Of a stretch of DNA of 64,000 nucleotides, positions 1-8,545 are shown in pieces (the stretch's first letter is position 1; each line of letters starts with the position of its first letter). The notes beneath the pieces were generated by a model that saw only the letters and a list, made by a program, of their open reading frames with translations, did no database searches and was not told the DNA's origin. This DNA is from Spartobacteria bacterium (GTDB lineage Bacteria; Verrucomicrobiota; Verrucomicrobiia; Chthoniobacterales; UBA10450). The DNA lies in the NCBI GenBank assembly GCA_040002925.1, contig JBDUDM010000001.1, forward strand, positions 1,794-65,793. Direction: 5' to 3'. Both the position numbers and the translations under genes were made by a program.

Positions 1-1
1 C

Positions 2-898
2 GACGGCCACTATTACGTTTACCGGTCCTTCTTCGCCATCCCGAATCTTTCGAACTCCAAAGGCGAACCGACCAACGCGATTTTCGGATTTACCAAAACG
101 CTACGGCTGATGATGAAACATCTGCAGCCGCATTTCGGCGCCGTGTTCTGGGACGAGGGCCTTCCGCACAAGCGGATCGAGCTCCAACCCGCCTACAAGG
201 AAACGCGCAAGGAAATGCCGCTGCCGATGGTGCCGCAGCTCGATTTCATTCAAAAACTCACGCCGCTGCTCGGTTTCAAAAATATTTCCCTGCCGAATAC
301 CGAGGCGGACGACCTGATGGGTTGCTACGCCATGCAAGCGTGCAAACGCGGCGGCACTGAAGTGATCCTCGCCACTAATGACAAGGATTTGTATCAATTG
401 GTCGGGCCGTGCGTGAAAGTTTACAGCACGGCGAAAGCGGATCTGGCCACGCCGAAAGATGGCTTTGCGCTTCTGGGCGAAGAGCAAGTGAAAGCGAAAT
501 GGGATGTGGCGCCCGGATTAATTGGCGATGTGCTCGCCATCGCGGGCGATTCCGTCGACAACATTCCCGGCGCGGGGATTGGCCGAAAAGCCGCGGCCAA
601 GTTGCTCAACGAATTCGGAAATCTCGATCAGCTTCTCGCTAAGATCGACATGGTGAAAAGCGTGAAGACGCAGGAAAAGCTGCGGAACGGCCGCGAACAA
701 ATTTTACAAAACCGAGAAATGGTCGCGCTGGATTGCGAGACCGCATTGCCGATCCCGATCGACGACCTCCGGATCAAGCCCGACTATTCGGCCTTGATTT
801 CCACGCTGGAAAAGTGCGAGTTCAAATCGCTTATGCAGGAGATTCGGGACGAGGCAGCCAGGTTATCCACAGCCAGCCAGACCGAGCTAAGTCTCTAG
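2..898 (+). CDS. Stand-alone 5'-3' exonuclease (Pol I N-terminal / FEN-like); 5' end lies off the window
   Basis: The frame is open from base 2 (DGHYYVYRSFFAIPNLSNSKGEPTNAIFGF...). Motifs TNDKDLYQL and GDSVDNIPGAGIGRKAAAKLL (H3TH) are present. A stop at 896-898 means no polymerase domain follows. Confidence 0.85.
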   Translation, partial: DGHYYVYRSFFAIPNLSNSKGEPTNAIFGFTKTLRLMMKHLQPHFGAVFWDEGLPHKRIELQPAYKETRKEMPLPMVPQLDFIQKLTPLLGFKNISLPNTEADDLMGCYAMQACKRGGTEVILATNDKDLYQLVGPCVKVYSTAKADLATPKDGFALLGEEQVKAKWDVAPGLIGDVLAIAGDSVDNIPGAGIGRKAAAKLLNEFGNLDQLLAKIDMVKSVKTQEKLRNGREQILQNREMVALDCETALPIPIDDLRIKPDYSALISTLEKCEFKSLMQEIRDEAARLSTASQTELSL

Positions 899-1084
899 GC
901 AAGATCGACATCGAGATTTATCGAAAATAAATCGAACGCCGCCCCCCGCCCGCTGTCGAATGATACAGGTTAAGGCGATTCGGGTAGTGGCACGTTCTTC
1001 GTATTTGTTGTTTCTCCTTACGTGCGCTGCCCGAATCTTTTTTTTGTCATTGGCGCCCAACTCATGGTTTCATAGGCGCGGCCC

Positions 1085-2431
1085 ATGGAATCCGATGACA
1101 AACTCTTAGGCTTTCGCGGTTTCCTGATCGATGCGCCGGAATTCGGCGCGCTCCGGTCCCGCCCCCACGGCGCGATCATTGTCCAAAACGGGCGCATCAT
1201 CGAAGTCGGCAATTACGACGACCTCCGTCGCTTGCAACGATCCCAGCAAGTCACCTGGATCGACCGCACCGGCGGCGCGATTTTTCCCGGCCTGATCGAT
1301 TGTCATACCCATCTCCCGCAATATTCGGTCGTCGCGCGCGGGGAGAGCGAATTGTTGCCCTGGCTCCGCCAGCATATTTTTCCGGTCGAACGCGAATTCA
1401 CCGGCCCGAAAGCGCGAGAAGAAGCGCCGCGATTTTTCCACGAGCTCGCCCGCCACGGCACCACCACGGCGATGGTTTATGCGGCCATTTACGAAGACAG
1501 TTGCGAAGTCGGTTTCGAAGCCGCCAGCGCCAGCGGCCTTCGCGTTATTCTCGGCAAAATGATGATGGACATCGGCTCCTACGGCGCCTTGCAGCCGAAA
1601 AAAGTCGTCTCCGTTTCGTTGATCGAGAGCGAACGGCTTTGCCGCAAATGGCATGGCGCGGATGATGGCCGCCTCGAATATGCATTCAGTCCGCGGTTTG
1701 CTGTTTCCTGTTCGGAAAAATTAATGCGCGGCGCGGCCGAAATGGCGGCGCGCTTCGGCGCTTATCTCCAAACGCATCTCGCCGAGAACCGTGAAGAAAT
1801 CGAAAAAGTGCATCACCTTTTCATGGGCGCAGTCGATTACACGCATGTCTACGAGAAGTGCGGCTTGCTCACATCGCGGACGGTGCTCGGGCATTGCATT
1901 CACTTGAGCTCGCGCGAGATCGCCGCCATCGCGACCGCCCAGGCGACGGTCGCCCATTGTCCGACCTCGAATCTTTTTCTCGGGAGCGGCTTGATCAAAC
2001 TCGATCAGCTATTAAAAGCCGGCATCGCCGTCGGTCTCGGTTCCGATGTAGCCGCCGGTCCTGAATTAAACATGTGGCAGGTCATGCGCGGCGCTATCGA
2101 TGTGCAACAAGCCCGCGCTGCTTACGAAGCGAATCTGCGCCCGTTGCGGCCGCGCGAAGCTTTTTATCTCGCCACCCAGGGCGGCGCGAAAGCTCTCGGC
2201 AAAGGCGCCACCATCGGCACGCTCGATCCCGGCAAAGAAGCGGACTTTATTGTTGTCGATCTTGCGGCGCTGCCGCCGTATCCGCCGAAAGATCGACAAT
2301 CACTCCAGAATCTTTCGCCCGAAGATGTCATCGCGCTCTGCATCTACCGCGGCGGCGCGCATTCGAATCTCGAAAGCTACGTTCGCGGCCGGTGCGTTTA
2401 TCAATCGCCGAGTTTTGCGGCAGTCGCATGA
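1085..2431 (+). CDS. Amidohydrolase-superfamily deaminase, guanine-deaminase-like
   Basis: 448 aa. Metal-binding motifs PGLIDCHTHLPQ and THLAENREEIEKV plus a late GSDV motif are typical of guanine deaminase / chlorohydrolase family enzymes. Confidence 0.6.
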   Translation: MESDDKLLGFRGFLIDAPEFGALRSRPHGAIIVQNGRIIEVGNYDDLRRLQRSQQVTWIDRTGGAIFPGLIDCHTHLPQYSVVARGESELLPWLRQHIFPVEREFTGPKAREEAPRFFHELARHGTTTAMVYAAIYEDSCEVGFEAASASGLRVILGKMMMDIGSYGALQPKKVVSVSLIESERLCRKWHGADDGRLEYAFSPRFAVSCSEKLMRGAAEMAARFGAYLQTHLAENREEIEKVHHLFMGAVDYTHVYEKCGLLTSRTVLGHCIHLSSREIAAIATAQATVAHCPTSNLFLGSGLIKLDQLLKAGIAVGLGSDVAAGPELNMWQVMRGAIDVQQARAAYEANLRPLRPREAFYLATQGGAKALGKGATIGTLDPGKEADFIVVDLAALPPYPPKDRQSLQNLSPEDVIALCIYRGGAHSNLESYVRGRCVYQSPSFAAVA

Positions 2432-3273
2432 AGGAACTCGATCCGATCGACATCGCGTTGCGCGAAGACATCGGCACGGGCGACATTACCACGGAAACTT
2501 TTGTGCCCGCGGAATTGCAGGCGTCAGCGCGCATTATTGCGCGCGAAAAAGCGATCATCGCCGGAACGCAAACCGCCGCGTCCGTTTTCCAACGCGTCGA
2601 TCCGTCGGTGCAGGTAACGATTGTGCGCGCCGACGGCGCCGAAGCCGGCCCGGGAGATGTGATTGTCGATCTTCGCGGACCGGCGCGTTCCATTTTGACA
2701 GCCGAGCGCGTGGCCTTGAATTTCCTCCAACGACTTTCCGGCATCGCCACCCTAACGAAACAATTTGTCGACGCCGCGGCCAATGAGCGGGTGCAAATTC
2801 TCGACACGCGCAAAACCACTCCGGGATTGCGCGCGCTCGAAAAAGCGGCCGTCGTCGCCGGGGGCGGAGGCAATCATCGCTCCGGGCTCTACGACATGGT
2901 TCTGCTGAAGGACAATCACCTTGCCTGTCATCCTGATTTCAATGCGCTCGCGGAAAGCGTGCGGAAATTGCGCGCGGAACGGCCGGATGTTCGGATCGAA
3001 ATCGAGGCGGATGATTTGCGCCAGGTCCGCGCCATTCTCAAAAAGGTAGATGTCGATCTTGTCCTGCTCGACAACATGCGCCCCGCGCAATTGCGCGAAG
3101 CGGTCGCGCTCGGCAAAAACACGAAAGTGAAATTTGAAGCAAGCGGCGGCGTGAATTTAAAAAGCGTGCGCATTATCGCCGCGACCGGCGTCGATTACAT
3201 TTCCATCGGCGCGCTCACTCACTCCGCGGGCGCGATCGATCTCTCCCTCGAAATGACCAATGTCGGAGCTTAG
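2428..3273 (+). CDS. nadC: Nicotinate-nucleotide pyrophosphorylase (quinolinate phosphoribosyltransferase)
   Basis: MKELDPIDIALREDIGTGDITTE..., ERVALNFLQRLSGIAT, TRKTTPGLR, LLDNM. The ATG at 2428 overlaps the upstream stop (ATGA). The ORF-track start at 2074 is an over-extension. Confidence 0.9.
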   Translation: MKELDPIDIALREDIGTGDITTETFVPAELQASARIIAREKAIIAGTQTAASVFQRVDPSVQVTIVRADGAEAGPGDVIVDLRGPARSILTAERVALNFLQRLSGIATLTKQFVDAAANERVQILDTRKTTPGLRALEKAAVVAGGGGNHRSGLYDMVLLKDNHLACHPDFNALAESVRKLRAERPDVRIEIEADDLRQVRAILKKVDVDLVLLDNMRPAQLREAVALGKNTKVKFEASGGVNLKSVRIIAATGVDYISIGALTHSAGAIDLSLEMTNVGA

Positions 3274-3847
3274 CGCCGAGAAGCTGCGCGCCGATCTCGG
3301 AGAAGTGACAATCGGTCGCGAGATCGTCGTCCTGGACGAAACCACTTCGACTAACGACGAGATTTTCAAAATAGCGACGCCGGATACGCGCGAAGGCATC
3401 GTCGTCATTGCCGAACATCAAACCGCCGGCCGCGGCCAGCGCGGAAAATCCTGGGAATCTGCGGCGCGCAAAGGACTTTGGTTCTCGATCCTCCTTCGTC
3501 CGAAGATCGACATGAAGAATGCGGCGCGGCTGACCGAGTGGGCCGCAAACATTGTCGCAACGACAATCGGAGAGGCCGAGGTGAAACCGCCTAACGACGT
3601 TTACATCAGCGGACGAAAAGTCGCCGGTGTGCTGGTGGAAATGCGCGCGCAGCCGAACGGTCCACACCTCGGTATTCTCGGCATCGGCGTGAACGTGAAT
3701 CAAACCGCGGAAGATTTCTCGGACGCGGTGAAGGAACGCGCGGCGTCGCTCGCGATGTTGCGCGGCCGTCCGCAAGATCGACATCTACTCGCGGTCGCCT
3801 TGCTCCGAAATCTCGATCGGACCTACGCCGAGCTTTTCCATTTGTAG
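3260..3847 (+). CDS. birA: Biotin--[acetyl-CoA-carboxylase] ligase, catalytic core only (no HTH)
   Basis: 195 aa with the EHQTAGRGQRGKSWES biotin-protein-ligase signature and KWPNDV-like PNDVYISGRKVAGVL. Overlaps the nadC end by 14 nt. Its TAG stop lies inside the terminal TGTAGG of the downstream repeat element. Confidence 0.75.
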   Translation: MSELSAEKLRADLGEVTIGREIVVLDETTSTNDEIFKIATPDTREGIVVIAEHQTAGRGQRGKSWESAARKGLWFSILLRPKIDMKNAARLTEWAANIVATTIGEAEVKPPNDVYISGRKVAGVLVEMRAQPNGPHLGILGIGVNVNQTAEDFSDAVKERAASLAMLRGRPQDRHLLAVALLRNLDRTYAELFHL

Positions 3848-3900
3848 GGCGTCTGTGCCAGACGCCATCCTAAAAGTGCCGTCTATAGAGACGGCCTACA
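3843..3900. repeat. TGTAGG...CCTACA double-hairpin palindromic element, copy E1
   Basis: The termini TTGTAGG / CCTACAA pair with each other. Inner hairpins are GGCGTCTG-tgc-CAGACGCC and GCCGTCT-atag-AGACGGC. The element exactly fills the gap between the convergent birA and trpD genes. Confidence 0.75.
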
Positions 3901-3902
3901 AT

Positions 3903-4955
3903 TCACCGCGAGATTTCCGACGCGTAATTCTGCAACGCGCGCAGCTTCTTGAGCGCGCCGCCGTTATCGAGCTGTTCGCGCGCCAGCTCGATCCCCTCAT
4001 TCATGTTCCGCGCGAAGCCGGCGACGACAAAGCCGCCGGCGGCATTCGCCACCGCCAACTCGCGCTTTGCTCCCTTGGTTTCGCCGGAAAGAATTCCGGT
4101 GATGGTCGCGGCGTTCTCCGCGGCCGCACCGCCGCGCAATTCATCGAGCGGACATCGCGTGAGGCCAAGCCACTGCGCATCGAGAATCGCCGCGGTGATC
4201 TTGCCATTCTCCAAGTCGGCGACGGTGGTCGCACCACAAATCGAAATGTCGTCCATCCCCGCCGAATCTTCGGCCATCCCGTGCACAATCCAGGCACGCT
4301 CGCGTCCGAGCCGGCGTAAAACTTCCGCAAACGTGCCGGTCAATTGCGGCGCGAAAACTCCGATGAGCTGACGCGGCGGCCGGGCGGGATTCAAGAGCGG
4401 GCCGAGCAAATTGAAAATCGTCCGCTGATTTTGCCGAGCTAATCTCTCGCGCATGCCGGCCAGCGCGCGAAAAGATGGATGATAATTGCGCGCAAAAATA
4501 AACGCGGCGCCCTCGCGCTCGGCCATGTCGCGTAATTCGTGCGGCGTGAGTTTGATCGGCACGCCGAGGGCCTCGAGCACATCGGCGCTGCCGCAAAGCG
4601 ACGTGACGCTGCGGTTGCCATGTTTCACCACCGCCACTCCGCCCGCAGCCAGAATAAACATGATCGTCGTCGACACGTTGAAGAGATCGATGCCGTCGCC
4701 ACCGGTGCCGCAAACATCGACCATCGGTCCCGGTAATTTCGCGGGATCAATCCCGGGATCGATCGCGCGTTCCATCAGCAGCTCGACGAATGCGGTAATC
4801 TCGTCGGCGCTTTCGCCCTTGGCATGGAGTGCAGTCAGGAAGCGCGCTTTGTCCTCATCGCCGACCGTTTCCGAGATTAACAACGCGACCGCAAAGCGAA
4901 TATCTGCGCTCGTTAGGTCGATACCGCTCTCGGCTTTTTCGATCAATGCTTTCAC
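3903..4955 (-). CDS. trpD: Anthranilate phosphoribosyltransferase
   Basis: 350 aa with CGTGGDG, KHGNRSVTSLCGSADVLEALG and NLLGPLLNPA motifs. Confidence 0.95.
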   Translation of the reverse strand: MKALIEKAESGIDLTSADIRFAVALLISETVGDEDKARFLTALHAKGESADEITAFVELLMERAIDPGIDPAKLPGPMVDVCGTGGDGIDLFNVSTTIMFILAAGGVAVVKHGNRSVTSLCGSADVLEALGVPIKLTPHELRDMAEREGAAFIFARNYHPSFRALAGMRERLARQNQRTIFNLLGPLLNPARPPRQLIGVFAPQLTGTFAEVLRRLGRERAWIVHGMAEDSAGMDDISICGATTVADLENGKITAAILDAQWLGLTRCPLDELRGGAAAENAATITGILSGETKGAKRELAVANAAGGFVVAGFARNMNEGIELAREQLDNGGALKKLRALQNYASEISR

Positions 4956-6052
4956 GCGGGTTTATTTTCCTGCAACCATTCCCGATATATCTGAGGCGCA
5001 ATCTCGGATGGTTTGATCTCGCTGCGCCCGCCCCAGAAAACATTCGTGTAGGAAACCGGCATGCCGACCGAATGAAGATGTCGATCTATCGCCGCTTTGT
5101 GTTCGAGCAGGAGTGATCTGTCGGTACCATGCGCGACCGCCATGATGTTCACGATTTTAAACTCCGGCCCCGCTTCGCGCCAATAACAATGCGTCAGAAT
5201 GTGATGCCGTCCGACTTCGCCGCCCGCTTCGACTTCGCGGCCGGCCGGCACCGCCCAGTGAAAGAGCGCATTGAAGCGCGTCACACGCACTCCGCCGCTC
5301 GAGGGTTTCACGTGTTCGAGGAAAGTCGAAAAACGTCCGACGATTTTGCGCGCACTTAAGTCTTCCGCGACGCCGTAAAAATCCTCCAGCGATACGCCCG
5401 CTTCGGCCGCGCGTTTCGCCCATGGATTCGGCGCGATCTCTTCCGGCGCGAATTCGCGTTTGAGCGTGAGCAATACTTTCCATTGCTCCTCGCTAAGATC
5501 GACAACGTGCACCGGGATCATCTTCGCCGGCTCGTCCGCTTTGCTTCCAGGCGGAATCGTTTTGCGGCGCACGTGCCCGACGCCAAGCGTGAAAATTCCT
5601 TTCGCGGGCATGACACGAAAACGTTCCGCGCCGACTTTCTGCGCGAGCAATTCGCAATGTTCCTCCATCGAAAAACCGCGCGGAACTTTTAGCGTTGTCC
5701 ACAATTTGTAATCCGAACCCGCCGACGCCGTCTCAGTCGAGCGCAAGACGACGTGGCCGGAAAATGGATCGCGTTGAAACATCCAATCGAACGCACTGTC
5801 GATCTTGTTCTCCGGAACTTTCCAGGCGATGAGCGCGCCGCTGGCCAGATTAGTCGCGAGTAAGGTTTGCCGGACGCGGCGGATCGTTCCCGCGCGCAGC
5901 ATGGCCGCGATGCGCGCCATGACAAGATCGACATCTACATCTGAGCGCGCCGCGATTTCCGCGAAAGGCTCACGCACGAAGCCTTCAATCTTGTCCTCGG
6001 AGACGGCGAGGATCTTGGCGTTAACGGAATCGTTGTGCTCTACCGGCAACAT
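4952..6052 (-). CDS. Two-module Lrp/AsnC-fold protein, siroheme-decarboxylase (AhbAB/NirDL)-like
   Basis: 366 aa with two repeats of the pattern G-IRR...(K/W)VP....HxY.R (GTIRRVRQT...WKVPENKID; KIVGRFSTF...WAVPAGRE...LTHCYWR). Its stop overlaps the trpD start (4952-4955). Confidence 0.4.
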   Translation of the reverse strand: MLPVEHNDSVNAKILAVSEDKIEGFVREPFAEIAARSDVDVDLVMARIAAMLRAGTIRRVRQTLLATNLASGALIAWKVPENKIDSAFDWMFQRDPFSGHVVLRSTETASAGSDYKLWTTLKVPRGFSMEEHCELLAQKVGAERFRVMPAKGIFTLGVGHVRRKTIPPGSKADEPAKMIPVHVVDLSEEQWKVLLTLKREFAPEEIAPNPWAKRAAEAGVSLEDFYGVAEDLSARKIVGRFSTFLEHVKPSSGGVRVTRFNALFHWAVPAGREVEAGGEVGRHHILTHCYWREAGPEFKIVNIMAVAHGTDRSLLLEHKAAIDRHLHSVGMPVSYTNVFWGGRSEIKPSEIAPQIYREWLQENKPA

Positions 6053-6082
6053 GCCGATTAATGTCGCACAGGCCGCAGGCGT

Positions 6083-6760
6083 GTGAATGATATTTTGCGC
6101 GTGATCAAAGCGATCTTCTTCGATGCCGCCGGCACGCTCATCTATTTAACCAAAAGCGTCGGCTATCACTACGCGCTGGTCGGCGCGAAACTCGGGCTGA
6201 GCCTGGACGAGCGGAAATTGAACGACGCCTTCTTCGCGCAGTGGAAAAAAATGCCGACGCGCGAAGCAATCGACGGACCGCGCGAGAACGATGACAAAGA
6301 TTGGTGGCTGCAACTTGTCGATCTTGTCCTGCGTGAAGCTGCGCCTTCGCTGAACGAACTTGATCGCGATAATTTCTTCGAGATCGCGTACGAACATTTC
6401 GCGGAAGCGGGCGTGTGGGAGCTTTATCCCGAGGTGATCGACGTTCTCGAAAAATTACAGCCACGGTTTCAACTCGCGGTCGTTTCAAATTTTGATGGGC
6501 GGCTACGCATGATTCTGGAGCAACTCGGCGTCTTGAAATATTTCTCGCACGTATTCGTGTCGAGCGAGATCGGCGCGGACAAGCCGGATGCGGAAGTGTT
6601 TCGCCGCGCGCTCAAGTTTGCCGAGCGCGACGCAAGCGACGTGCTGCACGCTGGCGATGATCCCGAGCGCGATTGGAAAGCGGCGGCCGTCGCGGGATTG
6701 TCGATCTTCGAGTTGCAGCGACCGAAAAATTCGCTGCGTGATTTGTTGTCGATCTTGTGA
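6083..6760 (+). CDS. HAD-superfamily hydrolase, subfamily IA (REG-2-like)
   Basis: Motif I is FFDAAGTLI (second Asp replaced by Ala). Also VVSNFDGRL and a late GDDPERD motif. An alternative GTG start at 6101 is more typical for the family. Confidence 0.8.
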   Translation: MNDILRVIKAIFFDAAGTLIYLTKSVGYHYALVGAKLGLSLDERKLNDAFFAQWKKMPTREAIDGPRENDDKDWWLQLVDLVLREAAPSLNELDRDNFFEIAYEHFAEAGVWELYPEVIDVLEKLQPRFQLAVVSNFDGRLRMILEQLGVLKYFSHVFVSSEIGADKPDAEVFRRALKFAERDASDVLHAGDDPERDWKAAAVAGLSIFELQRPKNSLRDLLSIL

Positions 6761-6811
6761 TCGCTACAATCCTTGCAGCGGCGTGGCAGCTGGAGTACAA
6801 ACTTTTCGCGC

Positions 6812-6883
6812 GGGCTGGTAGCTCAATGGTAGAGCAGCGCCCTTTTAAGGCGTTGGTTGCGAGTTCGAGTCTCGCCCAGCCCA
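6812..6883 (+). tRNA. tRNA-Lys (anticodon TTT)
   Basis: The cloverleaf folds by hand: acceptor GGGCTGG/CCAGCCC, D arm GCTC..GAGC, anticodon arm GCGCC-CTTTTAA-GGCGT, T arm GCGAG-TTCGAGT-CTCGC, discriminator A. CCA is not encoded. Confidence 0.9.
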
Positions 6884-6884
6884 A

Positions 6885-7132
6885 ATGTTCGTCATGGCTT
6901 GGGTTTATATTTTGCGCGGTGCGAAGCGCCATTACATCGGCACGACCGATGATCTTCAGCGCCGACTGATGGAACATGAACACGGAAGTAATCACACGAC
7001 TCATCGTTAGCGGCCACGCCTGTCTTGCTTGCGGCTAAAGAAGTATCGTCGATGGCGGAAGCGCGGGGACTCGAGCAAAAGCTTAAGGCAAAGAAGAATC
7101 CCAAACTGGCAATTTTTGCGTTGCAACATTAA
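6885..7132 (+). pseudogene. GIY-YIG nuclease family gene (UPF0213-like), frameshifted
   Basis: Frame 1 reads MFVMAWVYILRGAKRHYIGTTDDLQRRLMEHEHGSNHTTHR, then a stop at 7008-7010. The rest of the domain continues in another frame from about 7010 (AATPVLLAAKEVSSMAEARGLEQKLKAKKNPKLAIFALQH, stop at 7130-7132). Confidence 0.65.
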
Positions 7133-7188
7133 CGAGCAGCCCCGAAAGCTTTCGGGGTTGGTTGCGAGTTCGAGTCTCGCCCAACCCA
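7133..7188 (+). repeat. Partial duplicate of the tRNA-Lys 3' part (D-stem 3' strand to acceptor end) with a replaced anticodon-arm hairpin
   Basis: 7157-7188 matches 6852-6883 at 31 of 32 nt (GTTGGTTGCGAGTTCGAGTCTCGCCCA[G/A]CCCA). The upstream GAGCAGC also matches. The anticodon arm is replaced by the palindrome CCCCGAAAG/CTTTCGGGG. Confidence 0.85.
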
Positions 7189-7199
7189 AGTTTGTATCC

Positions 7200-8456
7200 A
7201 TGAATCGCGGTTGCACGCTTATCGTCTTGTTCGCATTCACCGCGTGTTTGCAAGCGGCCGATGTCGATCTTGCGGCACGCGCGACGAATGAAGTCGGGGT
7301 CGATCTTTACCGGCAACTCGCGACGGGCGATGAAAATCTTTGTTTGTCGCCGTATTCGATCGAGGCCGCGCTCGCGATGACGTTCGCCGGCGCGGAAGGC
7401 GATACGCGCAGCGAGATGGCGCGGGTGTTGCATTTCCCGAGCGACGGCGAGGCGATCCATTCCTCGTTCGATTCGCTGCAGCGTTCGCTGAAGGAAATGG
7501 CGAAGAAGACAGTGAAAATTGCCGATCAATCAAAACGAAGTGGCGGTCCGAGCGAGCCGATTCGGTTTTCGATCGCGAACCGATTGTTTCCGCAAACGGG
7601 TTACGCTTTCCGCGATCTTTTCCGGCAACTGGTCGAAAAGTTTTACGGCGCGCCGTTTGAGCCGCTCGATTATCACAAAAATCCCGAGAGCGCGCGGGAG
7701 CACATTAATAAATGGGTCGCGGAGCAAACGAACGATCGTATTCGCGATCTGATTCCGCCCGACGGCGTGACCGCGGCGACGCGACTGGTTCTGGCCAACG
7801 CGATTTATTTGAAGGCGCCGTGGCTATCGGAATTCAATGACGCTTTTACAAAACCGAAACCGTTTCACATTCGCGGTGGCGCGCCAGTCGATGTCGCGAC
7901 GATGAACACGCGCGCGCAACTCGGCTATGCGAAACGCGAAGGATTCACCGCGGTCGCGCTTCGCTACACCGGCGCCGAGTTGCAATTTGTCGTGCTCGTT
8001 CCCGATAACGTCAGCGGCTTGCGCGCGTTGGAATCTAAATTGAGCGCGGATGTGCTCGCGCAATGCGCGAAGCTCGAGCCGCACGATGTCGATCTTGCAT
8101 TGCCGAAGTTCAAGCTCGAGCCGCCGACGCTGGCATTGAGCGATAAACTGCGCTCGCGCGGAATGAAAACGGCGTTCGATCAGCCGCCGGGTAGTGCGAA
8201 CTTCGATCGGATGGCGCCGCGCAAGCCAGATGATTATCTCGCCATCTCCGAGGTCTTTCACAAGACATTCATCGCGGTCGACGAAAAAGGAACGGAAGCC
8301 GCCGCGGCGACGGCGGTAGCGATGAAGGCGACCTCTGCGCGCGTGGAAAAACAAAACCCGATCGACGTAAAAGTCGATCGCCCATTTCTCTACGCGATCC
8401 AACACGTGCCCAGCGGCGCGTGTTTGTTTATCGGCCGCGTCACCGATCCGCGCTGA
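7200..8456 (+). CDS. Serpin-family protease inhibitor with signal peptide
   Basis: MNRGCTLIVLFAFTACLQA signal; SPYSIEAALAMTFAGAEGDT; hinge EKGTEAAAATAV; VDRPFLYAIQH. The ORF-track start at 7029 runs through the tRNA-derived repeat and is an over-extension. Confidence 0.9.
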   Translation: MNRGCTLIVLFAFTACLQAADVDLAARATNEVGVDLYRQLATGDENLCLSPYSIEAALAMTFAGAEGDTRSEMARVLHFPSDGEAIHSSFDSLQRSLKEMAKKTVKIADQSKRSGGPSEPIRFSIANRLFPQTGYAFRDLFRQLVEKFYGAPFEPLDYHKNPESAREHINKWVAEQTNDRIRDLIPPDGVTAATRLVLANAIYLKAPWLSEFNDAFTKPKPFHIRGGAPVDVATMNTRAQLGYAKREGFTAVALRYTGAELQFVVLVPDNVSGLRALESKLSADVLAQCAKLEPHDVDLALPKFKLEPPTLALSDKLRSRGMKTAFDQPPGSANFDRMAPRKPDDYLAISEVFHKTFIAVDEKGTEAAAATAVAMKATSARVEKQNPIDVKVDRPFLYAIQHVPSGACLFIGRVTDPR

Positions 8457-8545
8457 TCCCGGGCAAGATCGACAAGTAACAATCTTGCTTTCGCTCCACT
8501 CGCATCAGAGGCTCCGGTTCTCATGAGAAAATTCCCGCGCGAGCT

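Noticed and set aside
863-871. Perfect DnaA-box 9-mer TTATCCACA
   Set aside because: It is a single copy inside the 5'-3' exonuclease CDS with no cluster, no AT-rich unwinding element and no dnaA nearby. About 0.5 chance occurrences are expected in 64 kb.
2074-2427. N-terminal extension of the nadC ORF (track start 2074)
   Set aside because: It overlaps the amidohydrolase CDS in another frame and is Arg-rich nonsense. The canonical NadC N-terminus begins at the ATG at 2428, which is coupled to the upstream stop.
3878-3884. GCCGTCT inside element E1 resembles the Neisseria DUS core
   Set aside because: It is a single 7-mer forming a hairpin arm and is not enriched elsewhere in the window, so it is a coincidence.
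5304-5319. parS-like half site GGTTTCACGTGTTCGA
   Set aside because: Only one arm of the TGTTNCACGTGAAACA palindrome matches, and the site is intragenic.
5806-5819. TGTTCTCCGGAACT, a 13-of-14 match to the LexA palindrome
   Set aside because: It lies deep inside the AsnC-fold CDS on the non-promoter side and is partly created by an adjacent copy of the abundant 12-mer. No promoter context.
7029-7199. N-terminal extension of the serpin ORF
   Set aside because: It reads through the GIY-YIG remnant and the tRNA-derived repeat. A signal peptide begins at the ATG at 7200.
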